Shown piece by piece: positions 9,628-18,547 of a stretch of DNA of 64,000 nt. The notes below the pieces were generated by a model, which made no database searches, was not told the DNA's origin, and saw only the letters and a list, made by a program, of their open reading frames with translations. The translations under genes were made by a program, and so were the position numbers. Numbering within the stretch: the first letter of the stretch is position 1; each line of letters begins with the position of its first letter. Source of the stretch: a virus (Duplodnaviria > Caudoviricetes); IMG/VR virus record IMGVR_UViG_3300020576_006124, positions 64,001 through 128,000 of that record, one strand, 5' to 3'.

Positions 9628-9930
9628 ATGATAGTTAAAGCAACAAATATTTACGGTTTTACTTCTGAGAAGTTTGTACGAAGTGAAAAACAATTAACCC
9701 TAAGAGAGTGGTTTGGTTTAGGTAAAGAACTTTTACCTGGCATGAGGTTCTCTTTAAAGGGAGAGAGTAGTAACGAAACTTTTTATTTAGGAGATGCTAC
9801 TCCCTACCATCAACCCTCTGATAATGATGGGGGATTTGGTTGGGATATGGATCACCCTAGAATGTCTATGCTAATATCAGAGGTACATATGCCGTGCTTT
9901 ACGTCCAGACCTGACCTCAATGAAGGATAG
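9628..9930 (+). CDS. Hypothetical protein
   Basis: 100-aa ORF. Confidence 0.55.
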   Translation: MIVKATNIYGFTSEKFVRSEKQLTLREWFGLGKELLPGMRFSLKGESSNETFYLGDATPYHQPSDNDGGFGWDMDHPRMSMLISEVHMPCFTSRPDLNEG

Positions 9931-9934
9931 AATA

Positions 9935-10345
9935 ATGACTACACAAGATCTTATAACAGCCCTCCTTCATGAGGGCTTTAGTCAAGATAGGCTAAATCAT
10001 GGAACCTAGAGATTTTACAAATGCGGAGAAGAAATTGGTTTTTCTATCTTTTGCACATTTTTAATTGAAGACGGTAAGATAATTGAAAGACTTGATGGAT
10101 ATATTCATTATCTTCGTAATGCGGAAGAAGAAAAAACTACAGGAAGCCTCCAACATATTTGGTCTTGGTATCGTAAGGCAGTAGAATTTCACAAGCCCCC
10201 TTATAAAAATTTTGAAGTTACATTTAAACTTAGAACATATTTACGAACATATTCTGAGGAAACTGACTTGGACACAATTTCTCTCGACTATACCCAATCA
10301 GGTGCTTTAGAAATAACCTATTATAAAATAACTGAATTAAAATGA
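9935..10345 (+). pseudogene. Unannotated 136-codon gene interrupted by one in-frame TAG (10007-10009)
   Basis: ATG at 9935 gives MTTQDLITALLHEGFSQDRLNHGT*RFYKCGEE...YYKITELK. The closing TGA (10343-10345) forms an ATGA overlap with the next gene, and the frame fills the 410-nt gap. Confidence 0.7.
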
Positions 10346-10590
10346 AAAACCAAATATTTACACTAAGAGGAGTACTTGAAGATCCTCTAGACTCTTTCTT
10401 TACAGGAGTTCTTTCTATTGAGGGTGATAAGGACGAAACCTTTGTAGGTGTTCCTCTTGAGGAGATCCTTTTCTATAATGCTAAATATGAGGAAGGGTCT
10501 AACTTTACTTTAAATTTTATTCATGATGAGGAAACTGCAAAAAAAGCTGAGCAAGATTTGGAAGATCAGCACCCAGGCCCTTCTCTATAA
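10342..10590 (+). CDS. Hypothetical acidic protein
   Basis: 82-aa ORF. Confidence 0.55.
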   Translation: MKNQIFTLRGVLEDPLDSFFTGVLSIEGDKDETFVGVPLEEILFYNAKYEEGSNFTLNFIHDEETAKKAEQDLEDQHPGPSL

Positions 10591-10601
10591 ATATTCCTAA
10601 T

Positions 10602-12833
10602 ATGTCAACTATACCAAAAGAACTTATGCAAGTTACTAAAAGAGACGGGTCAAAAGAGGCTCTGGATTATGATAAGATAAACAAGATTTTATCCTGGGCT
10701 ACCGAAGGGGTAAAAGAGGTTAGTATTACTGATATTATTATAAAGGCTGAGTTAAGCATAACTAATAATATCAAGACTAAGGACATCCATAAAGTCCTTA
10801 TTCAGGCGGCAGTTAATTGTATGAGTCTGGAAACTCCTAACTACCAGTATGTCGCTTCACGTCTTCTCAATTTCCAGATTAGAAAAGAGGTTTGGGGGGG
10901 AGTAGAAGCTCCTAAGTTAAAGGAAATCATTCTCTCCAATATTAGTAAGAAAGTTTATGATAAAGACATACTAAATCAGTACTCTGAAGAAGAAGTTGAA
11001 CAATTAGACTCCTATATCAATCATCAAAGAGATTTTATTTTTTCTTATGCGGGCCTAAAGCAAATGTGTGACAAGTATCTAATTCAAGATAGAACTAAAA
11101 AGATACTTTTTGAAACCCCCCAATTTGCTTATATGATTATTCCCATGGTTATCTTCAATAGATATCCTAAGGAGGTCAGACTAGACTGGATTAAGAGAGC
11201 TTATGATCAATTCAGCCTTCACAAATTGAACCTACCTACACCACAATTGGCTGGGATTAGAACTCCCTTAAGAGCATATAGTAGCTGCTGTCTAATTGAG
11301 ATGGGAGATACTATGGGCAGTATTCTTTCTACCAATTTTGCTATTGGAGCAGCAACATCTCAGAGATACGGAATTGGGGTTAACATCTCAGGAGTTAGAG
11401 CTATTGGCAGTAAAGTTAAAGGCGGAGAGGTTGTTCATACAGGATTAATACCTATTCTAAAGATAGTAGAAGCTAATACTAAAGCATTCCAACAGAATGG
11501 AATCAGAGGTGGAGGTGCCACTGTAACTTTCCCATATTGGCATCACGAAGTTCTAGATGTTCTCTCTTTAAAGAATAATGGTGGGACAGAAGAGAATAGA
11601 GTAAGAAAACTGGATTATAGTATTGCTGTTGATAGGCTATTATTAGAGAGATTTAGAGAGAATAAACTAATTACTCTTTTCAGTCCCCATCAAGTCCCAG
11701 ACCTCTACGAAGCTTTTGGAACACCTAAATTCCAAGAACTATACGAGAAGTATGAGAAAGACCCAAGTGTTATTAAGAAAACAGTTTCAGCCCTAGAATT
11801 AATGGGGGCTCTTGTTAAAGAGAGAACTGAGACGGGGAGGATCTACGTGTTCTTCATTGATCTTTATAACCATCATTGCTCTTGGGGAGAGACAGTTCAA
11901 ATGTTAAACCTATGCCAGGAGGTTGGTACTCCTACAGTACCTCTTCAATCTACCGACGACCCAGATGCAGAAATAGGGATATGCACTCTGGGAGCCATTA
12001 ACTGGTTAGCAGTAGATTCAGAACAGGATATCAAAGAGTCTTGTGAACTTGCTGTCAGATTCCTTGATGAGTTATTAGACCATCAAGAATACTTTCTTCC
12101 TGCAGCCGAAAACTTTGCATTGAAAAGAAGAAGTTTGGCTGTAGGTATTAACAACTTTGCAGCCTGGACAGCTAAGAAAGGATTTAGAGAATGGGGATCA
12201 CCGGATCACTTAAAAGCGGTAGATACAAAAATGGAACTACAACAGTACTATCTACTTCAAGCATCCCTCCAGCTAGCTAAAGAAAAAGGTCCTTGCACTA
12301 AATTCTCTAATACTAAGTACGCTAAAGGAATTTTACCTATAGACACTTATAAGAAAGATCTAGACTCCATTTGCGAATTACAATTAAGTAAAGATTGGGA
12401 TTCTTTACGAAGTGAGATAGTTTCTCATGGATTAAGACATAGTACCCTTAGCGGCCAGATGCCCGTTGAATCTTGTCTAAGCTTAGATACAAAGATTCAA
12501 ACTCCCTCTGGGTTGCAGACGTTCAGAAAACTACTAGAGGACTCAGGTCTTAATTCGGATAGGGTAATAGACGAGGACTTACAGGGCTGGCATGAACTTG
12601 ACCTACCTCTTGACTTATGTACGAGATTTGGGAATAAGCAATCCCCCAGAGTCTATTATAATGGAATCTCCTCAACCACTTTGATAGAAATGGAAGATGG
12701 TACTCAAATTAAAGCCACTGGGGAGCATAAGTTCTTAGTAAGAACTGAGTCAGGGGATGAAAGTTGGAAAAAAGTATATGAACTTTCTGAGGAAGATGAT
12801 ATTATCACTTCAGAATTTTATTTTCAAGAATAA
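10602..12833 (+). CDS. nrdA: Class Ia ribonucleotide reductase alpha, N-terminal fragment fused to split N-intein
   Basis: ATP cone (VTKRDG), ETPQ, LPTP, SSC, GIG, RGG, NLCQE (catalytic Cys), ICTL, then MPVES followed by the intein start CLSLDT. Confidence 0.95.
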   Translation: MSTIPKELMQVTKRDGSKEALDYDKINKILSWATEGVKEVSITDIIIKAELSITNNIKTKDIHKVLIQAAVNCMSLETPNYQYVASRLLNFQIRKEVWGGVEAPKLKEIILSNISKKVYDKDILNQYSEEEVEQLDSYINHQRDFIFSYAGLKQMCDKYLIQDRTKKILFETPQFAYMIIPMVIFNRYPKEVRLDWIKRAYDQFSLHKLNLPTPQLAGIRTPLRAYSSCCLIEMGDTMGSILSTNFAIGAATSQRYGIGVNISGVRAIGSKVKGGEVVHTGLIPILKIVEANTKAFQQNGIRGGGATVTFPYWHHEVLDVLSLKNNGGTEENRVRKLDYSIAVDRLLLERFRENKLITLFSPHQVPDLYEAFGTPKFQELYEKYEKDPSVIKKTVSALELMGALVKERTETGRIYVFFIDLYNHHCSWGETVQMLNLCQEVGTPTVPLQSTDDPDAEIGICTLGAINWLAVDSEQDIKESCELAVRFLDELLDHQEYFLPAAENFALKRRSLAVGINNFAAWTAKKGFREWGSPDHLKAVDTKMELQQYYLLQASLQLAKEKGPCTKFSNTKYAKGILPIDTYKKDLDSICELQLSKDWDSLRSEIVSHGLRHSTLSGQMPVESCLSLDTKIQTPSGLQTFRKLLEDSGLNSDRVIDEDLQGWHELDLPLDLCTRFGNKQSPRVYYNGISSTTLIEMEDGTQIKATGEHKFLVRTESGDESWKKVYELSEEDDIITSEFYFQE
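12474..12830 (+). mobile_element. Split intein, N-fragment (119 aa)
   Basis: Block A CLSLDTKI, block B ATGEHKF, W.....L...D.I and an acidic end, followed by a stop. Confidence 0.92.
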
Positions 12834-12855
12834 TTAAGAAGTAATGCCTCTATAA

Positions 12856-13497
12856 GCATTTTCTAAAAAATTTGGACCAGAGAGGGCTGAAGAGGAGTTA
12901 CGAAAATGGAAGAAAGAGTCTTCGAGATTATCTAAATTACATTGGATAAAAAAGGGATTAGCAGAAGAGGGAGCTAATCTAAAAGTTTCTGTGATTCAGA
13001 GAAAAAATTCGGGAGTACATCCCTGTTACTATGAGGACAAAGGCCTTACTGACGATGAAATTAGCTTTATTCTTAAAGAGATTAATAAAAAGAAATCTAA
13101 TCATAGGAGGAACAGAAAGTACCTTAGGGAGTCTGGTATTGAAAATTGGGAAGAGATTTATCTAGAATCTCAGAAAAGACATAGAGACACTATGGAAAGC
13201 CTGGGAAGATGGATTGTCAGATCGGAGTATGATTCTTTTGGAAAATATAGATCTCTAGTCTCTTTTTATACTAGGCAGTCTTTAGAGAAAAAAGATCTTC
13301 TCAATCTTAACTCAAAAGAACTACATATTGATCACAGGTTTTCTGTCAAGTCTGGATTTCTAAATCAAGTATCCCCAGAAGTTATAGGTAGCATAGTAGA
13401 TTTATGTTTTCTCCCTGCTAAACTTAATTCCGCTAAGGAAGCTAAGAGCAGTATAACGCCAGAAGAACTAAACGAGTTGTATAAAAATGAAAATTAA
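12856..13497 (+). mobile_element. Free-standing HNH-type homing endonuclease, probably degenerate at its 5' end (track ORF 12991-13497)
   Basis: HIDHRFS..GF....P..IG...L..L....N..K pattern. The frame is open from 12856 (KKFGPERAEEE...HWIKKGLAEEGA), but two TAAs lie between it and an in-frame ATG at 12796. Confidence 0.72.
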
Positions 13498-13594
13498 AAA
13501 AATCACCCATAACTATTCAATCGAACCAACTTTCGACTTAGAAGTACCAGGAGTCCACGAATTTCTCTTAGAGGGTAATTTAGTCACCCATAAT
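13487..13594 (+). mobile_element. Split intein, C-fragment
   Basis: Basic MKIKKI start, block F TFDLEV, block G THN, with Ser+1 at 13595. Confidence 0.92.
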
Positions 13595-13981
13595 AGCTCC
13601 TTGATATCTAATTCCACTAATGGTATTGAGCCTCCCAGAGATTATATCTCTTATAAGAGATCTAAATCGAGTACCATTCCTATTATTGTTCCATTCTATC
13701 AGAAACTAAAGAAGGATTATACTTTAGCTTTCGATATTGGAGATAATAAAAAGATTCTTAATGTGGTTGGGGTTTTATCTAGATGGTTAGACATGTCTGT
13801 AAGCACCAATCTATACTACCGATACTCGGACTATCCCGGGGAGAAACTGCCTGATATGGTGGTTATTAAAGACATATTCTATGCATATAAACTTGGAGTA
13901 CCTGCTCTCTACTATTCAAATACTTCAGATATGACGTCTATGGATTTGGAGTCCTGTGCTGGAGGAGCTTGTGCGATATGA
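13487..13981 (+). CDS. nrdA: Split C-intein (36 aa) fused to NrdA C-terminal fragment
   Basis: MKIKKI...TFDLEV...H.F....LVTHN followed by SSLISNSTNGIEPPR, S.N, LYY and terminal CAGGACAI. Confidence 0.95.
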   Translation: MKIKKITHNYSIEPTFDLEVPGVHEFLLEGNLVTHNSSLISNSTNGIEPPRDYISYKRSKSSTIPIIVPFYQKLKKDYTLAFDIGDNKKILNVVGVLSRWLDMSVSTNLYYRYSDYPGEKLPDMVVIKDIFYAYKLGVPALYYSNTSDMTSMDLESCAGGACAI

Positions 13982-14313
13982 AAAAATCAGAACTAAGAGC
14001 ACTTATTCTAAATAGTAATAAGGAAAGACTTAAGCACCCCCTTGAAATGATGGAAGATCTTTCAGAGGGAGAAAGCTTCCAAATACTTAAGTATTTTGGA
14101 AAGGATTGTTGGTTTTATAGGGTTAGAGAAAATAACCTAACTGGCACCTTATACAAAGAACACTATAAGGTAGATAAGAGAGAGGCAGCGATTATCGGAC
14201 TGCTTCTTAACTCCTCAGTAGAAGGTATATCAAAAGAGTATTTTGAAGATACTATTCAGAACATGGAAAAGTACATCAATGGGGAAAAAGAAAAGGAAAC
14301 CGTACAGTCTTAA
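13978..14313 (+). CDS. Hypothetical protein
   Basis: ATGA overlap with the nrdA-C stop suggests a start at 13978. Confidence 0.55.
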   Translation: MKKSELRALILNSNKERLKHPLEMMEDLSEGESFQILKYFGKDCWFYRVRENNLTGTLYKEHYKVDKREAAIIGLLLNSSVEGISKEYFEDTIQNMEKYINGEKEKETVQS

Positions 14314-14545
14314 AATAAAGCCGGGGTCAGGGCATACACAATACTCTGGCTCCGGACCTCATAAGAATAAAAATACTAAAAGGTCTAATAACCCTAATAA
14401 TAAAGAGCGAGGGGGTAGAGAGTCTTCTGAAGATGTAATTATTAGGAACCTCGAATTCCTACAAGAAGTGGTTGAGGGTAAGGTTCAAATGATTCCTAGA
14501 GTGGGCTATGATGTTAAAGCCTCTTGTGAAATGTTTACACCTTAA
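14279..14545 (+). CDS. Small basic protein
   Basis: MGKKKRKPY...GHTQYSGSGPHKNKNTKR; probable ATG at 14279. Confidence 0.45.
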   Translation: MGKKKRKPYSLKIKPGSGHTQYSGSGPHKNKNTKRSNNPNNKERGGRESSEDVIIRNLEFLQEVVEGKVQMIPRVGYDVKASCEMFTP

Positions 14546-14554
14546 ATTTTATAC

Positions 14555-14989
14555 ATGACCAAAGAAGAGACGGCTAGATTCACTATAAAAATAAAAGCCC
14601 TTCAACATCATCTTAGAGAAATTTTCGATAGACAGAGAGTTTCTTTCTTATTGTCCAAACTTGAAGAAAAAGGATATACTCTCGAAGAACGTGGGGGAGG
14701 AGTACAAAAAAAGGTTATCTTTAAGGCTAGAAGACACAGAAAACCCCATATTTTAAGAGTAGGTATAAAATTACACTATAGTGAGGGGTTCTCATTTATG
14801 ATTGAACGATTAGATCGCAACGGGTGTTCTTGGGTTACTCATAAGAGTTTTTCTACCTCGGATCACAGTTTTAATGCTCTAACCAGAAAACTATCTCTAC
14901 CTATTGGGGCTAAAAAGCATCTAGAATCCATTTTTGAGGAGACCCTATTTCTATTAGATTACTTCCAACTTAAAATTGAGCAGGTTTAG
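14555..14989 (+). CDS. Hypothetical basic protein
   Basis: 144-aa ORF whose stop lies inside the tRNA 5' end. Confidence 0.55.
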   Translation: MTKEETARFTIKIKALQHHLREIFDRQRVSFLLSKLEEKGYTLEERGGGVQKKVIFKARRHRKPHILRVGIKLHYSEGFSFMIERLDRNGCSWVTHKSFSTSDHSFNALTRKLSLPIGAKKHLESIFEETLFLLDYFQLKIEQV

Positions 14990-15054
14990 CTTAATGGTTA
15001 AAGTCCCAGTCTTCCACACTGGTTATACGGGTTCAATTCCCGTAACCTGCTCCA
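14980..15054 (+). tRNA. tRNA-Gly (anticodon TCC)
   Basis: Acceptor stem GCAGGTT/AACCTGC, anticodon arm CCAGT-CTTCCAC-ACTGG, T-loop TTCAATT, U73 discriminator and encoded CCA. Confidence 0.95.
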
Positions 15055-15078
15055 AGATTTTTTAATTCTAGAGAAAAA

Positions 15079-15528
15079 ATGAGTTATATTTACCGAAGTA
15101 GATTTTTTGTTTTTCCCTCTGATTGTAATCATTCAGCTGAGATTATATTTGGAGGGAAGCTTATGTCTGAAATGGATTTAGCTGCCGCCCATGCAGTAAG
15201 TGGCTTATTAAGAGATGACGCAACTCTAGCTTTAGGCGTTGAGTCCGCAGTTACACACAAAGCCTCTTTTGAGTTTGTTGCTCCATCGTATTGTGGGGAT
15301 GAATTAGAAATTATTGCCTCAGCAGAGTTTGGAGAAAATAAGTCTGTTAAGATTGAAGTAGTTGCTATAATATTTAATGGGAAGAGACTAAAGCCCCTCG
15401 CGAAAGCTTTAGTTTTAGAAGATATTAAAGATAAAATAGTTGCAAAAGCCAGTTTTGTTTTTATTACAACATCTGCTTACACAGGGAAGTACAATATGTT
15501 AAACTATAAGAATCATCATGATGTATAA
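15079..15528 (+). CDS. Hotdog-fold acyl-CoA thioesterase (YciA-like)
   Basis: VFPSDCN....IFGGKLMSEMDLAA, F.AP...GD, A.FVF. Confidence 0.85.
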   Translation: MSYIYRSRFFVFPSDCNHSAEIIFGGKLMSEMDLAAAHAVSGLLRDDATLALGVESAVTHKASFEFVAPSYCGDELEIIASAEFGENKSVKIEVVAIIFNGKRLKPLAKALVLEDIKDKIVAKASFVFITTSAYTGKYNMLNYKNHHDV

Positions 15529-16039
15529 AACTAGTTTCCCATATCAAATGCTAGATATTATTAGTTCTAAGTCTAAGATCCTTAGGGATTATGAAGAGGA
15601 GATTTTTAAAAGCTTTGATAGGATCTCTAATATTTTTTTCTTATCTCTATTAGAAACTCTGCCTAAGGAAGTTCATTCTTTTTGTATAGAGTTAGAATAT
15701 AAAGTAACTGGTCCTGAAGAGCAGTTGAATTGCTATGAGGGGTATTTTAGCTTATATGAAACCTTTTCCTACTTAAATGAAGAGAGTATTCTATTTTTTA
15801 ACAAAGAGAGAGAGATAATTGCAGATTGGTGTGAAGATGATTCGACCCCAGAAAACCCAATTAGAGAATATTACGCCCATGCTGAGAATATCATTAATCA
15901 TCTAGATAGAATCCCAGCTCTAATTTGGAGATGGTATGATGGTAGTATTGATACAAATAAATATTTTATATGTAGCAGAGACCTAGGTTGGTCCACCACA
16001 AGAGAGTTACCAAAGAAAAAACATGATAACAGTATTTAA
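15518..16039 (+). CDS. Hypothetical protein
   Basis: 173-aa ORF overlapping both neighbours. Confidence 0.55.
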   Translation: MMYKTSFPYQMLDIISSKSKILRDYEEEIFKSFDRISNIFFLSLLETLPKEVHSFCIELEYKVTGPEEQLNCYEGYFSLYETFSYLNEESILFFNKEREIIADWCEDDSTPENPIREYYAHAENIINHLDRIPALIWRWYDGSIDTNKYFICSRDLGWSTTRELPKKKHDNSI

Positions 16040-18056
16040 CAACGATTTTATAGACCCACGTAGTCAGCCTATCTTCCTTGGTCAACCTTTAGGGTTACAA
16101 AGATTTGATCTGCTAAAATACCCTAAATTCTTTAAGCTGGCTGAGACACAAGAGGGATTTTTCTGGAGAGCAAACGAAGTTGATCTCACTAAGGACAGAA
16201 GTGATTATAAGAGTCTTTCTGAGACAGATAGATTTATCTTTGACAGTAACCTAAGATGGCAAACTATGACTGATAGTATGCTCTCTAGATCAATCAATGG
16301 TATTATGGAGTATATTACCAACCCAGAACTAGAAGCTTGTTGTCAGGTATGGGCCTTCTTTGAATCTAATATCCACAGTAGATCCTACTCTCATATCTTA
16401 AAATCTGTGTATCCTGATGAGACAGCTTTCTGGAATAGTATTATTGAAGATAAAGAAATTATTAGAAGAGCGTCAGAAATTAAGAAATCCTATGATAATC
16501 TTTTTGGATTAGATTATTACGCAACTCAGACTGATATTAAAAGATCTATCTTTAATGCTTTAGTTAGTACTAATGTAACTGAGGCCTTAGCTTTCTATGT
16601 TTCCTTTGCCTGCTCATTCTTTTTCGGAGCAACTGGGGTGATGGAAGGTAACGCTAAGATTATTAAGTTCATTGAGAGGGACGAAAGGTGTGTTTCCGAT
16701 GATACAGAGGTTTTTACATCCGATGGGTGGAAATTAATTCAAAATCTTACTCAATATGACCATGTCGCTCAAGTTAACAAGGATAACACTTTAACCTTTG
16801 TTAAACCTTCTAATATAATCAATAAATCATATAAAGGTATTATGAAAAGACTTTATATGACCAGTGGATTAGATATGTTACTCACGCCCGATCATAGAGT
16901 TGTTTGGCAGGATAAACAGGGTAATTGGGGAGAAAATGAAGCTCAGCTTATTAAATTTACACCCCATAAATACTTACCTGCTTGCGCTAAAATAAAGAAT
17001 ACTACATCTGAGAAATTTAATCTAACAGATTATCAGAGGTTTCTTATAGCACTTCAAGCGGATGGTCGCTTACTTAAACATGATTTACGAAATGGCAAGT
17101 TTTCTGGATGTAAACCGGTAGTATTTAAATTGAAAAAAGATAGAAAGCTGAAGGAATTGAAACTTTTATTATCTAGTTTAAAGTTTGATTATACTGAATC
17201 GAAGATTAATTCTCAGGGGATGATTTCATTTTATATTAAAGTCCCCAAAGAAAGTTTACTAACTAAGAGTTTCAGTGATTGGGTTAAAGGATCAGATTTT
17301 TCAGTAGAATGGTGTAAAGACTTTATTGAGGAATTAGTTAAATGGGATGGGTCTCTTATTAATTCTAATAGATATTACTATTCTAGTATCAAAAAAGATA
17401 ATGTAGAAATAGCTCAAACTATAGCTATGTTAGCCGGGTATAAAACTCATTTTAGTATCCAGAAGGATAATAGAAAAGAAACTTATAATACAGTTTATAG
17501 ACTCTCAATAAGAAAGAACGTTGACTCTTATAACTTCCAGTCTATTAAATCTGAAGATATTAATTACGACGGAAATGTAACTTGTGTTACAGTACCATCG
17601 GGAATGTTCTTAGCTAAGAGAAATAATAATATATTTGTTACAGGAAATTGTCATGCAAATATTACTACAGAGATTCTTAAGATTTTAAGGGATGTACCTG
17701 AGGAAGGATTCCAGGAGATATATAACCCCGATTTAATCATAGAAGCTTATAAGGTTGGCCTGGAGTCAGAAAAGATGTGGGCTGACTACCTCTTCAGTAA
17801 GGGCAGTCCTTTAGGCTTGACAGCAGAGCAATTTAAGATGTTCGCAGAGTTTAAGGCTAATGAGAGACTTAGATTATTAGATCTTCCATTAATTGCCCCA
17901 AAACAAAAAGATAATCCTTTAGGATCATGGTATAATGAATTCCTAAATTCAGACAAGGTTCAGGTGGCACCTCAAGAGACTGAAATAACTTCTTATAGAA
18001 TAGGGGCAAGAGACACCACAATGGATCAACAAGAAATTAAAGACTTGGACTTTTAA
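16023..18056 (+). CDS. nrdB: Class Ia ribonucleotide reductase beta subunit with intein
   Basis: FFW...EV, DS, ESNIHSRSY (radical Tyr), E...FYVSF, IERDE..H and terminal QVAPQETEI.SY. Confidence 0.95.
   Translation: MITVFNNDFIDPRSQPIFLGQPLGLQRFDLLKYPKFFKLAETQEGFFWRANEVDLTKDRSDYKSLSETDRFIFDSNLRWQTMTDSMLSRSINGIMEYITNPELEACCQVWAFFESNIHSRSYSHILKSVYPDETAFWNSIIEDKEIIRRASEIKKSYDNLFGLDYYATQTDIKRSIFNALVSTNVTEALAFYVSFACSFFFGATGVMEGNAKIIKFIERDERCVSDDTEVFTSDGWKLIQNLTQYDHVAQVNKDNTLTFVKPSNIINKSYKGIMKRLYMTSGLDMLLTPDHRVVWQDKQGNWGENEAQLIKFTPHKYLPACAKIKNTTSEKFNLTDYQRFLIALQADGRLLKHDLRNGKFSGCKPVVFKLKKDRKLKELKLLLSSLKFDYTESKINSQGMISFYIKVPKESLLTKSFSDWVKGSDFSVEWCKDFIEELVKWDGSLINSNRYYYSSIKKDNVEIAQTIAMLAGYKTHFSIQKDNRKETYNTVYRLSIRKNVDSYNFQSIKSEDINYDGNVTCVTVPSGMFLAKRNNNIFVTGNCHANITTEILKILRDVPEEGFQEIYNPDLIIEAYKVGLESEKMWADYLFSKGSPLGLTAEQFKMFAEFKANERLRLLDLPLIAPKQKDNPLGSWYNEFLNSDKVQVAPQETEITSYRIGARDTTMDQQEIKDLDF
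16689..17648 (+). mobile_element. Contiguous intein (320 aa) with LAGLIDADG endonuclease in nrdB
   Basis: CVSDDTEVFT start, LTPDHR block B, FLIALQADG and FIEELVKWDG motifs, end V.CV.VPSG.F..KRN......TGN with Cys+1. Confidence 0.93.
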
Positions 18057-18058
18057 TT

Positions 18059-18547
18059 ATGGCTAAGAAAAATAATACAAATAATTCAAATCTAGACTTT
18101 TCAAAGTTCTTAGATGTTAATTTACCTAAGAACTTTCAAGAGGTCTACGATTCACTACTAAGATCTGTATCACTATCAGATCTAGAGGATGAAGGTAAGA
18201 AGGTTCTTTGGTCCCTCAGTACCTCACTCACAAATCTCTATTCCTTTAAGTTTAATCTTGCCTCTTGGAAGCTTCCTTTCTCTGACGAAGAAAGAATTAA
18301 AGCTTTCATTCAGGACTTTACAGACTACGCATCTAAAGCTGTATCAGAAAATCCTTTGCTTATTTTAGAGGTTTCTGCTTCTATTTCTGAAGTACTTTCG
18401 GGAATGGTAGATGCTCTTATCAGAGGAGCCAAGAAGGTTAATCTCTTCAACTGGGATGCCACAAAGGAATTTAGACTCTATTGTGACACAGCAGCCAGAA
18501 AATACCTGAGTAAGGATTCAAGATATAGGATCCTAAGAAAAATCTAA
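18059..18547 (+). CDS. Hypothetical protein
   Basis: 162-aa ORF. Confidence 0.6.
   Translation: MAKKNNTNNSNLDFSKFLDVNLPKNFQEVYDSLLRSVSLSDLEDEGKKVLWSLSTSLTNLYSFKFNLASWKLPFSDEERIKAFIQDFTDYASKAVSENPLLILEVSASISEVLSGMVDALIRGAKKVNLFNWDATKEFRLYCDTAARKYLSKDSRYRILRKI

Noticed and set aside
9935-10345. Genome-wide TAG reassignment (code 15) suggested by the amber-interrupted ORF
   Set aside because: Conserved genes end at TAG at their expected C-termini (sbcD 2972, dut 9380, groEL 41136), and long genes are not fragmented under the standard code.
12474-13594. One contiguous endonuclease-containing intein broken by sequencing frameshifts
   Set aside because: The C part has its own ATG with a typical basic MKIKKI start and the N part has an acidic end. 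Several independent errors would be needed to join the three frames.
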